This document shows, piece by piece, positions 10,765 through 24,781 of a DNA stretch of 64,000 nucleotides. Position 1 is the stretch's first letter. Each line of letters starts with the position of its first letter. The notes beneath the pieces were generated by a model. It was not told where the DNA came from. It searched no databases and saw nothing but the letters and a program-made list of their open reading frames with translations. The stretch lies in the NCBI GenBank assembly GCA_047495785.1, contig JBLDXI010000032.1, positions 744,001 to 808,000 on the forward strand. The letters run 5' to 3'. The position numbers were made by a program, and so were the translations under genes. Source of the DNA: Lepidodermella squamata (taxonomy: Eukaryota > Animalia > Gastrotricha).

Positions 10765-13700
10765 AACGATGCAGAGTTCTTGTCCTCCCTCCCTTGTGAA
10801 AAAAGGAAATTCACGAGTCGTGCCTGTTTACACACATACGTCTATATCGAACGCGATTACCTGTGATCGATGCTCCATTTAATCATTATAGAAAACAGAT
10901 TGAAAAAATAAATTGCTGTCCATGCAACTTTTTATACTTGAAAGATGTTGTCATGAATATTTGTTGGATTTTTTCGATTTTATTACTAATATTACTTCTA
11001 CATTGCCTTCTTGTATTTGTTTCTTTTCTACTGGTGTGTGTGAAATGAAAAAATTACAGAAAAATATGAAACACATATGGCAGCTTTTCTTTTCTTTGAG
11101 ATAACGTTAACATGAAAAAAACGCCAATTGTTACTGATAAAAAATGTAATAAATCGAGTCTTTCTCTTGGGAAATTATCGTAAGTCTGATCGCTATGTTT
11201 TGTGGACTGAAATCTTCGAAAATTGCCATTCGGGATCATTGCTAACTGAAAAAAACTGAAATTTTCTATACTATGTCATCAGCCAATTCTTATCATCAGT
11301 AATAACTCTAGTGAGGTGCATTCCTTGAAATTTGTGTCAATCAATCGATGTTTAACGACAACAGCTACTAGCCAGAATGCTATTTAGATGAAAAATCTGT
11401 GTTGTGTGATTGAGGTGGTGAGCTGAGCAACTAACCGTGTAATAGAATGTGATGAATTTTTGATGTCCACTTTAGCCTTATCTATATTTTCTACCACTTT
11501 TGCTACGTACCTCTGTTATATTATATTTCCCCTTTCTTCCTCTGCAATTTATAGTCGACAGATCTAGGGCCAAGATCTGTTATATTCAATTATTAATTAG
11601 CTATATTTTTCGGTGGTAGTTGAATTACATAGTTGCTATTGATGACAGCGCGATGACACGTGCGAATTTGAAGAAAAACCGGCTCTTTTGCTCATAAATA
11701 GCCCTCATCGAAATGCGCTTTAATTTGCTATATAGCTTGCTTTTATGGGTAACATGGCATCGTTTATGTTCATCGTGACGGTTTAATATGGCTCTATACA
11801 TACTATATTTTTGGTACGAAGATTCGGTTTAGATGAAGTTTCGATGTCTATCTTGCTCTATCTTCAAACTAACATCTTACACTGTGGATAAAATTTCTGT
11901 ATGAAAAATCGTGGTATTACATAAAATGATAAGAATGATTTTTCTAAAAATTGATTTTTTTTTCTCGTTTTTAGGTCTTTTAATTATTGAAAAAGAAATT
12001 GAATTGGCGCATCGATAAAATGGGAAAATTGTGAGGTATTCTGCATTTTTCACCTAAACTAAAGACCTTTCAGCCCCCTGGTTGAAAATTTTGTCCCGTA
12101 TTGATTTATTTTTCAGAATGCAGTTTCTAACTGAAATGAAAATGATTTTATTGTTTTACTTCCCCGCGACTGTGTCTATACCCTTTCGGGTTTTGAGGAA
12201 GGCGAAGGCAAAGCAAACCAAAAGAATCAGTCACCCGCCACCATGTCCGAGAGTATCTCGCTTTTGTTGTAAAATTCAAAATTTTCCAAAGTCTCGACAA
12301 TTTTTCTAACCTGTGTGAGTGAACTTTGCCAATTTTCTCTCATTTTACTTTATTCATTTTATTCAATTTTCTCTAATTTTGCAAATTATTTGGGTTTTTT
12401 TTAATTTCTCATGCGAAATTTTTGATGAGGTGCCATATTACTCCAAGCTTGACATGCCTAACGTTTTTGTCTATAACGACGTAAAACAGTAGTTGGAGCG
12501 TAATTCAGGCGGACGCTGCTAATTGAGCCTATCCACTCGAGCGCAATTGCATGCAGTAGAGTTGTACACGTGTAGGGTGGGTAAATAAAACAACAATCAT
12601 TATCAGGTTTGTTGGTAATCATTACGGTATATCGACTTTTTGCAGCATCGCTGTGATGTTTGTTTATAATAATGTAGCCGAGCAGTAATTTTTAGAGACT
12701 GCTACGCATTGTTTCGCAGCTGGTGCGTTTGACGGCGACGATCTATGATGTAGTTAGCCTGGTAGGTATACTACGCTTGGCTTGCAATCATATTAAACAT
12801 AGATACCTATAGTGCTAATACAGGAATTATTGCAGCCCGTTCGTTCGGCTACTTATAGCCTGGTAAATGGTCGACATTATCTCTTTACACGTAGATTCGC
12901 TGCTAGCCTATCATTGTACTACACGGCTATTTATAGCCGCATATTGACTTAGCTATTTACCGGATAGTAGTAGTAGTAGAAGTCGGTAGTAGTAGTAGTA
13001 GCAGCAGCAGCAGGAAGCGGTTCGGACCCGCTGCCGGTGGTAGATACGGAGGTAGCGTGAAAACGGTGCAGCAGCAGCAGCATCATTACGCGGGTCCATA
13101 TTGCTCGTTTTGTCTTCACCCGAGCCCGCATTGTTATCATTTTGAGGCGCACGCACGCGCCGTTCGCATTTCCAGCCCGGCCCGGCCCCGGTCGGTCGTC
13201 TTAGAACAACGGACCGAGGTGGAATGGGAGGCGCATCAACGGCTAAATTGGCATATGCGCTATTATGTAGGCATTGTTTTTGTAGCAGCAGCAGTAGAAT
13301 TCCTACCTGGTTTTTTCGCGTCGAAAGCTCAGCCCAGTGTTATTGCTTTATCGTTATATTACATTCTTCGTCTTCCTGCCCGAGCTCGTGTATTTCTGAG
13401 GCTATAGGTGCGTATATATCAACTAGCGCCCGTTTCTTTGCATATAACGATATTGCTTGTGTAGTCTCGTGCCGTGCGCTTTTGCGTAGAATGAATGGTC
13501 AGTTCGTTTTTAGATACGGTCCTGCCACCCACTCCACACCCTTGTAACGTTTTAACGACTCGCCCCATGCTATTCTGAGTAATTGCCTTCAATTTTCAAC
13601 CAAGTGAGTTATGCGGCCTATATCCTGCAGGAAAAATGCTGCATAGCCACCAGCCATCCTAATTTCTCAAATAATCTATATCGTGTGCATTCCGTCTTTT

Positions 13701-14323
13701 TCATAATTTCAAAAGGCCCATTGAGAGCTTGTAATTAGGGCGGTGGTCTATCAAATTCGAGATAATTAAGATGGCTAAATTCAATTCAGAATTTTGAAAA
13801 TATTTTTGGGTTTTGTTACTTCCCGTGAAAAATTGGAAATATATATTTTTGTAATTTTAGCAATGTTTAATTCTGCTTTTCGTTTTTCCCAATCGATGGA
13901 TTCTAATCATTATTGTAGAATTTTTCATGGAGTGTTGCTTGTAGACAGCCCCAGTATTTTAGTTTTTGGCATTTTGCGTTATTTCAATCAAGTTTCATGC
14001 CAAAATGCTCAACTTTGCACATTCTAGCGAAATATATTTCACCTCAAAATGTTATACTATTGTTTTCAATTAGGTTGGCTTACTTCATAGATCAGTAAAT
14101 TCTCAAAATGAGCCGTGGGGTCAAGGGTCATTATTTAATTATTTTTCCAGTTTTTTCCTCATTTCGATTAAATTATAGTCAGATTTTTTTTCTAAATTTG
14201 AAGTAGCCCCGTACCTACTCCTCTTTCTTCAGCTGTTTCCTATCTATTAGGTCCTCTCGTTTAAATATTTAATTTTTGATTATAGAAATGATGAGTTGAT
14301 ATTAAAGAAAAGCTTAGTTAGCA

Positions 14324-15941
14324 ATGGCTTTGCCATCTGTGGTGTCGCCTAGCGCGTCGCCATCAGCCGAAATCGACCCGAACCTAGCGCTGCTGTCAGT
14401 CCACGACTCGCCGGGTCGCTTTTTCGACAACCCGACCATGTTGTTCTCGAACCCGAACTTTGGCGCGGCCGGGCAGTCGTCGTACGACCACAATATCTAC
14501 ATCGAAAGCCACAACCACGATGCGAACTCTGGCAATCAGCAAATGCAGGCTTACGGCGGCGGGGGTGGAAAATTGGACCAGTCGCCGCAGAATTACTTCG
14601 AGTACGAAATTTCAGCCGCTCAGCTGGACAGACCCGGTACTTCGTCGTCACAGCAGTCGTTGTTGTTACCTTCATCGCCGGCCACCAGCCCGCAATCTTC
14701 ACTCGAGCTTTCATCGCTGCAGATTGAGAAAAATCGCGAAAGTCTGAAGCATAAACTCTCGCATCGAGCCTCGATACGCGAACTTGTGTGTCGCGGCATT
14801 TATCCTTGTAAGTTCAAAAATCCTCCTTAAAAAATGATTGAAATTATTTTGCAATTTACTCCAGCCCCTCGGATACCAATTGGCCATGTGGAACAGCGGA
14901 GGAAATTGGAGCGAGCAAAGGTAAGAATTATTTTCAATTTTTTCAACGAATTTTATTTGAATTTTTCCGATAGACTGGCGATCTGTTGCGACATCACATA
15001 CAATCTAGGCCCGATCGAGCTTATCTGGTCGGGCAAAATATACTACCTGCAGATGGCCGGATCGATTTTCGAATCGCAGCTCGGCAAAAGGAGTTGAAAA
15101 AGTGCAAATTAGCCGAGAATTTGAACCAGCACCTAGTAACACGGCCGGGCCCGCTCGACCTTGTCGATCGCAATATCCTAGAAGCGCCGCAACAGCTACA
15201 CCTCGCACTACGAGCCGGCCTGCTGTCCGGCTCAACCTCCTCGGCGAAGGTTGAATCTGGCAGCATCGAGGCTGAGCAGCAGCAGCAGTCGACGGCGACG
15301 GCCTACTACGACCCGGGCACGTCGACTGCCTACGTTTTCGACCCTGCTGTCATGGCGCCGGGAACTACGGTTGTGCACGCTTCTCCCGCTACAACAACTG
15401 CTATTCCAATGATTCTTTCGTCAAATCAGCAGCTTGCTGTAAGCTCCACCTTAATTTTTTGAATTTTTTCTATAAAAAATATGATTTAAATTGAATTTTA
15501 CCGATTTTAACTCATGGCTTCTAGTGGAAACTAAAGTTTTTGTTTTTAGAGTGCATTTTTGTAGTTTCCGAACTTCAATTTTTTGGCTGTGATTTTCGAA
15601 ATTTGGATATGCTGTAGCATTGTTGGCTGTGAATAAATTCCGGATTTCTAAACTGAGAGGGTTTAGTTTATGGAAAATTTACTATTAAATCATAATTTAT
15701 TATATTAACAGCCGCCTTAAAATTTGAAATTTGAAATTTCTGAGTTCTTGTCTTAATTTTTTTATTGGAAATTTTAAAATTTTGAGATAAAAATCGAATT
15801 TTTTCTTTCATTTTTTTTCGGAAATATGATAATTTTATACCTTTATTCCTAATATTCGGATTTACTTGGCTGATTTTAATGGTTTTTTGATTACTTGTTT
15901 TCCAGGTTTATACCCCGCTGAGTACTATAACTGGCGTAGTT
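14324..15941 (+). CDS. Mrtf: myocardin-related transcription factor, N-terminal RPEL part; exons 14324-14807, 14865-14920, 14974-15438, 15906-breakpoint
   Basis: Three RPEL repeats: LKHKLSHRASIRELVCRGIYP, LRHHIQSRPDRAYLVGQNIL, LAENLNQHLVTRPGPLDLVDRNIL; the start codon is uncertain. Confidence 0.8.
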
Positions 15942-17144
15942 AGAACACGAAGACGCATTTGACGCAACTACGCCAGTTATAGTACTCAGCGGGGTATAAA
16001 CCTGGAAAACAAGTAATCAAAAAACCATTAAAATCAGCCAAGTAAATCCGAATATTAGGAATAAAGGTATAAAATTATCATATTTCCGAAAAAAAATGAA
16101 AGAAAAAATTCGATTTTTATCTCAAAATTTTAAAATTTCCAATAAAAAAATTAAGACAAGAACTCAGAAATTTCAAATTTCAAATTTTAAGGCGGCTGTT
16201 AATATAATAAATTATGATTTAATAGTAAATTTTCCATAAACTAAACCCTCTCAGTTTAGAAATCCGGAATTTATTCACAGCCAACAATGCTACAGCATAT
16301 CCAAATTTCGAAAATCACAGCCAAAAAATTGAAGTTCGGAAACTACAAAAATGCACTCTAAAAACAAAAACTTTAGTTTCCACTAGAAGCCATGAGTTAA
16401 AATCGGTAAAATTCAATTTAAATCATATTTTTTATAGAAAAAATTCAAAAAATTAAGGTGGAGCTTACAGCAAGCTGCTGATTTGACGAAAGAATCATTG
16501 GAATAGCAGTTGTTGTAGCGGGAGAAGCGTGCACAACCGTAGTTCCCGGCGCCATGACAGCAGGGTCGAAAACGTAGGCAGTCGACGTGCCCGGGTCGTA
16601 GTAGGCCGTCGCCGTCGACTGCTGCTGCTGCTCAGCCTCGATGCTGCCAGATTCAACCTTCGCCGAGGAGGTTGAGCCGGACAGCAGGCCGGCTCGTAGT
16701 GCGAGGTGTAGCTGTTGCGGCGCTTCTAGGATATTGCGATCGACAAGGTCGAGCGGGCCCGGCCGTGTTACTAGGTGCTGGTTCAAATTCTCGGCTAATT
16801 TGCACTTTTTCAACTCCTTTTGCCGAGCTGCGATTCGAAAATCGATCCGGCCATCTGCAGGTAGTATATTTTGCCCGACCAGATAAGCTCGATCGGGCCT
16901 AGATTGTATGTGATGTCGCAACAGATCGCCAGTCTATCGGAAAAATTCAAATAAAATTCGTTGAAAAAATTGAAAATAATTCTTACCTTTGCTCGCTCCA
17001 ATTTCCTCCGCTGTTCCACATGGCCAATTGGTATCCGAGGGGCTGGAGTAAATTGCAAAATAATTTCAATCATTTTTTAAGGAGGATTTTTGAACTTACA
17101 AGGATAAATGCCGCGACACACAAGTTCGCGTATCGAGGCTCGAT
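14763..17144. repeat. apparently perfect inverted duplication: 1179-bp arms (14763-15941 / 15966-17144) with a 24-bp spacer
   Basis: Mirror ORFs with identical translations (14986..15462+ and 16445..16921-); paired coordinates sum to 31907. Confidence 0.97.
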
Positions 17145-17638
17145 CAGTTGAAGGCGGAACTTCAGTTTGAGCGACAAAAAAGAATGGTAAAATTAATGAA
17201 AAAAAATCACTTAACTATGGCAGTGACTGCTTTCAAATTCCTTTGAAAAAAGTAATTTTGAATAATAGGGAAAAAATAGCCACGATACCAATAGTGCTGT
17301 AATTCGCAAATTTATCGTAAAATTAAAAGTTTCTTTTACGCAAATGGGCAATCATGGACGGCACAGAATGTTTCGGAATGTTATAGGATCCAGATTGCTT
17401 TTCTCCTCTGTAACAACCAAGAGCTCCGTCTTTTTGAACCCAGGCCCTGCAAGAAAAAGTGTCTTCTCAACGCTTTTTGTCGCTTTTTTGTTCTTAAAGT
17501 CTTCTTAACCCTTTCATGGCGGAATTAGTTATCTCCGGTAGAAAATATATTTGACACCAGTTCTAGGGGTTTTAGAGGGCCCTGTTCACGATTTTGAAAC
17601 CCGTTTATCTCTATCTATCACCGTTAAGGCTGTACAAA

Positions 17639-17936
17639 AACTGGCCGAAATCGTCCTATCCGCCCAGCTGATTTCAGCAGATTTTTCAAACATCCTAGTT
17701 TCTGTCTTAGATGCTTTGAACATTAGATTTTCAGACTCAGAATTGCTCTCGTGGAAGTCCTTAACGTTTCCCCCTACTGGCATTATCAAAAGGAACCCGT
17801 TGAAACCATTTTCAAAAATCAGGGTTGAAATCAGTATTCAGCTTTTTCATATTTTTCACGCGCAGCTGTTTTAGAGCAACAAAATCAAGCACTCCGCCTG
17901 TATAAGTCCTGGCGGATAGGACGATTTCGGCCGGTT
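17639..17936. mobile_element. MITE-like segment with ~26-bp inverted repeats
   Basis: AACTGGCCGAAATCGTCCTATCCGCC versus GGCGGATAGGACGATTTCGGCCGGTT. Confidence 0.55.
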
Positions 17937-18308
17937 TGATTAAATTTCAATAGCGTCGTCATTTTTAATTTCAAACTCGAAAAAAATTAAACACAGGTCA
18001 ATGAGACTATGGCGGACACGGTGGTATTTTTTGTTGGATCAAAAAATACTCAGAAACCTATGAGATTTCAAGTTGAAAAAAAATCGAAATTTCAATATCA
18101 GGTTGACTATTTTCAAATTGCTAGTATGTCCTAACCATGCAAGATAACGGTGTCCTGGTCACAACACCTTGTAGCTAACATCGAAAAGCAATATTCCTCA
18201 AAAGGGCGATCAATAAATCATCAAATTCGAATTTCTGTGAATTTACAAAGTCGAAATTCCGAAATCGTCCTTCCCGCCGTGAAAGGGTTAATTGAAAGGA
18301 AATTAGGA

Positions 18309-18870
18309 TTAGAAATCTACCGTACTGACTGGAACAACAACCATGACATTTGTTTTTTCCAAACGCTGATGAACGGTGGTAGAAGGTGTACAGTTTCTTA
18401 CACAGTGTTTCTGGTAACAAAGCGCATAAGGTTTGCCACTAAGTATTGAACATTGAACTCTTCGAGTCTTAGCCACATGCTGCATACGAACAATCGTCTT
18501 CTTCAAGTCTTCGATTTCGGCCTTATCTGAATTAACAAGCAAATGAGTTATTTGCGCGACCCTTGCGAGGCTAAGTTGAAACTAAGCTACTCGCCGTAAA
18601 AATCAATGCAAAGACACCAACCTGCAGGTAAAGTACACGACGATGAAGGAAATTTCATATACACTGGGTGATTAGCGTCGTTGTTAGGAATCAAGGCGAG
18701 GGACAAATCTCGTTCAAGAGCCTCCGCACCTTCTGCTTTGTTTAAGAAGACAGACAGGTCGGCAGCATCGACCTCTTTAAGCCTCCGAGCAAATTCTTTT
18801 TTGATGGCTTCTGCAAAATCATCGATGTCGTCGCACCCACCAGTGCTCACCTTACTGACGCTGTTTACGT
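18309..18870 (-). pseudogene. Crinkler (CRN)-type ubiquitin-like header domain fragment
   Basis: VSKVSTGGCDDIDDFAEAIKKEFARRLKEVDAADLSVFLNK...ALERDLSL...NDANHPVYMK fits the CR-Ubl header pattern; the 5' end is broken at a 10-bp duplication. Confidence 0.55.
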
Positions 18871-19535
18871 CTCATTAGTGTGACCTCATTAGTGATCTTC
18901 AGTATAGTCCCTGCAATGACATTTATTATTTCGAACGACCTCTAACCCTTGACATTTACTATTCGAGGCTGACATTTTTTTCGGGTAGTACGATACCTTA
19001 AATTTCACCTTATTCTCGGAGAATACAAACAACTTTTTTCCGTATCGTTTTTTAGCCTTAGTCATTGGATAAAACTGAAAACATTAAAATTTGCTATCCA
19101 AAATGGCTTGGAAGCCTATCTATTCAAATCTGAATGATTTGCCCTTTAGTCCGCAAGTTACTACTGAAATGCTTGCGCCATCAGAAATTTCAGTTACGCA
19201 TATTGTTAATTATTATTGCGCATAGTAATCACTACGAGTGATAGTATAAGAATTGTACGGAAGTTTGGGCAAGTTTTCTCACGCACCCGCGAGTTGGATC
19301 AGTTGTAACAAACACATGAGATTATAGATTACCTGAGCTTGATATGGAGAATTTTCTGGTTTTCCGGGCTTCTGCCCATTCCCATATTTTAACTCGAATA
19401 TGCCAAAGTCGTACAGTTTTCGACCGTCACTGGCCGGGAAGAGAGGCATTTTCCTGATTTTTTTTTAATTTTTCTTCGAAGAGAAAATTCGAGATTGAGT
19501 TGAGAAAAATCACTGATTAATGTCTTTAATCATAG

Positions 19536-20139
19536 GATGACAACTCCATGTCGATCGGCCTGGGAAATGATGAGGCATCGCTGAATCAACCGTTTTCAAC
19601 AGCAGACGTAAGATTTCTGAACAATTTTAAGGCGGATTTCTCAATTTTCAATTGTCTTCCAGGTCTGGCATGAAAACGCGACAATGACCGCGAACGGTCA
19701 TGAAGACGGTGAAGCAACGCCTAGCGCCTACGACCCGCCTCAGCACTTGGTCAGCGAATTCGACGACATCATGGACCTGTTGGGTTCGTTCCCGGTCGAC
19801 GCGACCCCGACAACGTCGAACGGCCATTTGAACGGAGGCGCTTACATGGGCATGTTGCTGCCCGACAACGGCATGCTGATAAAATCGCCCGGGCAGATGG
19901 CCGTCGATTTTGGCTGTGATATGACCGGCGATGCTTCACCGATGTCGCCGTGGATGTTTGAAAACGCCACCGCCAATAGCAACAACAACAACAGCAATAA
20001 CAATAGCGGTAACGCCTTGCAGTTCAACAACGGCAGCTATGCTGATAGCTATTACGGCCAGGCTTCGAATCAGCAGCAACAGCAAGGCGAATTTTATTCG
20101 AATCCTACTCAAATTTTGTCACGCACAAATTTTACATGA
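19536..20139 (+). CDS. terminal exons (19536-19607, 19663-20139), probably the MRTF transactivation domain
   Basis: Spliced open frame with EFDDIMDLL (similar to the MRTF C-terminal MDDLFDIL motif) and N/Q-rich composition; same strand and downstream of the RPEL exons. Confidence 0.6.
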
Positions 20140-23100
20140 TGATCTGATGTGGATTTTCTTCTTCTTCTTTGCGTTCGAATTGAATATTATTATAGTGCAT
20201 GCCAATTATTATTGATTATTTGTTCGGATCTGTTGAAAAAAGCGAAAACAACGGTGTGACAACTTGAGCAATTTTTTTCGGGCTTAAATTCTATATATAA
20301 TTCTACGTTATAATTTTTTTTCTAATCTTCGATGAATTTCCCCGTGTCTTGAAAGTGCTTTTTTAGTCCTGTTCATCTAATCCTATATTATCACTTGCAA
20401 TTTAGTTGAGAAAAAGCGCAACCAGCTTTAAAAAAATCGAATAATGTATGAAACTCCAGCTGGCGTGCTTTCCCTCCGTACCATTTTCTGGAGAGAGAAA
20501 AAAATAAGACCATTTTTTTCTGTTTTTTTTTCAATGGTGTCAGTGCTATTTAATTTTTTCAAAAATAAAAACTGGCCCAATTTTCTTGCTTTCTCTTGCT
20601 TAGAATATTCGGCTTTGTAGAGCAATTTTACGCGGTGAAAATTGCGCGGAAAATACTTGGTATATAACAAAAAAAACTACTTTTTTCACCGCCCTCGTGA
20701 TAAAACAAACGCATGCAAATAATTCGATGATACTTTTTCCTGTTTGAATATCCAATATATAGCTAACTAAAAATGTTTTCAGTGTAAAGAAAAAAAAATT
20801 ATCTGAATAATTGCTGATTGATATGACGAAAATGAATTGTGCTTGTACGACGAAGGTTCTCGCCACATTCGATGATGAATTGATGTTAAACGAATTAATA
20901 TGAGGAGAAAAATATTATATTGCTAGTTTGCGGTCTACATCATATATTTTAAATAATTTTATATAAAAAAAATCCGCGAAAAATTTGAAATAAAAATGAC
21001 GAAGCAACGTGAAAATTTGGCGGTTTTTGGTTCAAGTAATTCCATCAATTATCTACTTGATTAAATGGCTCTTTCCGGGCTGTTTTTCCTGGGTATAATA
21101 TCATCTTCGGCTGAGAGCACAAGTAAGATAATACCAACTAAATACATGCACTACCTGTGCCATGTTATTATTATTTTTTTGCGCCCGGCGAAAAAATGCT
21201 GCTTGTTTATACACGCGTGTTCGGCGCGTTTTTTACCGGCAATATCAACACACATTGTACGGTGATATTGCAGAGGGCGCAAAAAAACCTGCCCGCCGCC
21301 GCCGCGCGTATACCTACCTACCTGATCATCATCGGCAATGTCAGCAGGCTATAAAATCTGCTTGTGCAAGCTTTTTTTCCGCGCCGAGTCGAGTGTTATT
21401 TTTTAATCGAATAATGAAAGACAGCGATGCGTCGTAATTTCACCTTTTGTCGACTGCTGCTTTTGTTTCCGACTAGCTCTCATAGGACCTTGAGATGTGC
21501 AACATGACTGAACCTCTCGAGTTAGGGCAAAAGTAGTCATTATTCACCCTCTTCCAGTTATAAAATGTTCCCATTTAAACATCGGCAATTGCTCTCATAA
21601 AGTCCAAATTTGTGGGACTTTCAATTGCTATAGATCGCGGCCGGAGAGATGCGCGAAAAAACTGGCGATTTTTGGAGCGCGAAATATCGAGTATCAAAAA
21701 GCGATTTTTTCGATGTATAAATCATCGTGGCATGTAAATTATATAAGCCGCAGAAAATCCTGGCTATATTATTTTTTGTTTGTTTTCGTTTCATTTTTGC
21801 GGTATATTAGCGCGGCGCACGCTTATAATTTAGAAGGTATGCGCTCATAATTGTCTGAGTTTTTTTTGATATCAAGGCGCGCTTTTGAAAAAAATGGAGC
21901 GTGGTACAATTTCTTAGATTGATAAGAACGCGCCTCGGCTTGAGTTATCCTACGTTTACTATTGAAATAAGATGAGCCTCTCCCTCCCTCCGTTTCTTAT
22001 ATATTGGCCGAAAAAATCGCTTTATTATTGGTAACTGCGTGATTCCGGTGGCCACAAGCGCTAAAAAGTAGTGCGGCTCTGTATCATATTTTTGATACAG
22101 CCGCTCGTATGATGTAACGTATGCGCAATATTTTTCCAAGTTGGCCACCGGAATAGCCCATTAATATTATTAATGCTACTAGAGGTTGAACGCGCTCACT
22201 CACACACGCACGTGGGTATAATATCGGCATAAATCGGTTCGTTCGCATCGGCGTTATTTTGCCGTGTTCCCTTTTTTCGCCCGATACCATAAAATGTTGG
22301 CCGGGCTACAGCAGGCGCGGAAGTGCCTTGAGGTCGAAGATTTTTACAGCGTAGACGCCCGTCATGAATTGTTCTGCTTCTTCTTCTTTTTCGTATAATA
22401 ATAATACTACCGATGAATAACACGGAAAAATTCCGTATAGCTAATGTTAATAACCGTAATAATATTATTGTTATTATTCCGCTGGTTGTAGGCATCGTCG
22501 TTCGGCTTTCAACTTGAAGCCTCTACTATACGGCTTGTTACACGCGAGTGAGATATATGCGAGTAGATAATGTTCGCCTGTTCTCATCTCCCTCCCACAT
22601 CTTCACGAGCTGAAAAATAATATAATTGCTTAGTAAAATATAAGTACTTATTGTTGCTAACGCGGTAGAATGTGTGAATCCTCTAAATTTATAAAACCGG
22701 TGAAATTAAACCCGTTTGATAGCAGAACTCGCCGCATCGAACTTTTCGAACTATGGCGAACCACTTACATCCAATATGGATTTTTTAATTTATTTTTGGG
22801 TTATTTTGGATTATTGCTTTTACATCTCCTGATGTGAATCCTCGAATAAAATTTTCATCTTCAATTTCCAAATTAATTTTTAATTTTTTACATGATTTTC
22901 CTAAATTTTTCCTAGATTTTTCTAAATTTTCTATTTTAGCTCCAGGTGACCAATAACCGATAGACTTTTATAAGAGAATGGGATCTGGTGATTTTTCCAA
23001 TTTTTAGAGCTAAACGTGAGAATTTTTCCATATTTATTGAATTTTCGACTTAAAAATATAATAAATCTGTCTCTATATCCAGCAATCATTTTGATGTTGA

Positions 23101-23795
23101 GAAGGCCTTATGCTACCGAATAGACGTATTAGGATTTTCTCGCGCGCGATAAGGTTTGAATTGATTGATTTTTTGCATGCAAAAAATTCAAAATAAATAG
23201 CGCGAAAATTCTAATTCCTTTTGGTAGCACAAGAAGGCCTCAAATTCTTCAGATCCTTCCCTCGGTGCAATCGGTTTTTTAGGAAGAATATTTACATTTA
23301 TTTGTGCTCTATTTCCTTTATATCAAACCAATTCCTTCATATTTCGCCCAACTTCGACTGAATTTATCATTGGCCACCCGGAATTTTTGAAATTCATGTT
23401 TTATTTTTGTTTATTGTTAACTTCGAGCTCATAAGTCAGCACCTCTTCCTTTACCCTTCTCATGTATTTCGATTGCGCCTATAAAAAGTCATGTTTTGTT
23501 TGTTCCTCATAGCAAGTGCGGTTATTGTTTTGCTGGGCGGAATTTTTTCGCGATAACACGCACATATCATTTGCATAATAAAGCCGCGGAATAGCATTCT
23601 TATGCAGTGTGTTACATCTTTTCCTATTACCACTCGAGTACTGTCGTAAATACTTGAGCGATTACTACTACATCTTTTATCAAAAATTCAATGTATCTAA
23701 ATTGCTCGAATTTATTTGCACGAAAGCTCGAGAGCATAACAATTAACCTGCATTTTGAACGAAAGCCATCATAATAGAATTGAAACCTTCGAATT

Positions 23796-24781
23796 ATGTC
23801 GTCTTGCGGCAAATGTGGCGAGAAAATCAAAGGCGCCATGTTAGGCGCTCTTGGAAAGGTTAGAAAATTTGCCGAAAAATTAATCTAATCATTATTTGTT
23901 CTTCATTATTTTCTAGAAATGGCATAAAGAATGCTTCACATGCTCGGCCTGCAATAAAAGCCTGCAAGGTTGTTATTTTACCTTGATTTAAATAAATAAA
24001 AAATCCGGGTTTATTTTCAAGGCCAAACTTTCCACGAGAAGGAGGGCAAGCCTCACTGCAAGAAATGCTACAACGAAAAGTTTGCTCCAAAAGTAAGCAC
24101 CGATTCGAGAGTTTTGAAAATTTTTAATTTCGAATTATTAACAGTGCGCGAGATGCAATGAAGTCATTTCAGGCAACTGGATTACCGCCATGGATAAAAA
24201 TTGGTAATACTTTTTAATTAAATCCGTGAAATAATGACTTTTCAAAATATATTTTCTAGGCATTCGGAATGTAAGCCCATACCAATTTATGCTTGATTTT
24301 TCGATTTTAATTTTCTCCAAAACAGGCTTCACTTGCTTCAGCTGTGACAAAGAGTAAGTTGGTCATAGTTTGCTTTATTTAATTATTTAATAATTATTCA
24401 ACGATAGGTTCGATGAGGAGGAATTTACCGTGAAAGAGGACCAACCTTACTGTACATTGTGCTACACCGATCTTTTCCTAGGCCGATGCGTAACGTGCGG
24501 CAAGGTAATATTATTAGTTGTCCCATTTTTTCAAGCTCCTTATCTAACTGTTATCTGTTCAGGCTCTTACCGGTTCCATCGTCACAGCCCTCGGAAAACA
24601 ATTTCACGAACAGTTAGTTCGATGGCCAATAAATATAATTTAAAAACTAATTTTCTAATTTATTCATAGATGCTTCGTCTGTGCTGGCTGCAAGCAACCT
24701 TTCCCCGAAAACAATTTCTTCGAGTCGAATGACATGGCGTATTGTGAAAATTGCCATGGCGAGGTGTTGGCGAATCGATAA
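23796..24781 (+). CDS. small paxillin-type triple-LIM protein, about 9 exons including an 11-nt microexon (24260-24270)
   Basis: Spliced sequence reads MSSCGKCGEKIKG...KWHKECFTCSAC...CKKCY, CARC...WHSECFTCFSC...CTLCY, CVTC...FHEQCFVCAGC...CENCH*. Confidence 0.85.

Noticed and set aside
12949-13547. ORFs in the GTA/GCA microsatellite region
   Set aside because: Simple-repeat-driven frames upstream of MRTF with no recognisable domain
16445-17073. Second RPEL gene on the minus strand
   Set aside because: Exact mirror of the MRTF exons inside the inverted duplication; it lacks its own 5' end
21414-23280. Exon-like segments upstream of the LIM gene
   Set aside because: Stops in all tested frames; they may be UTR or lncRNA exons but this cannot be supported
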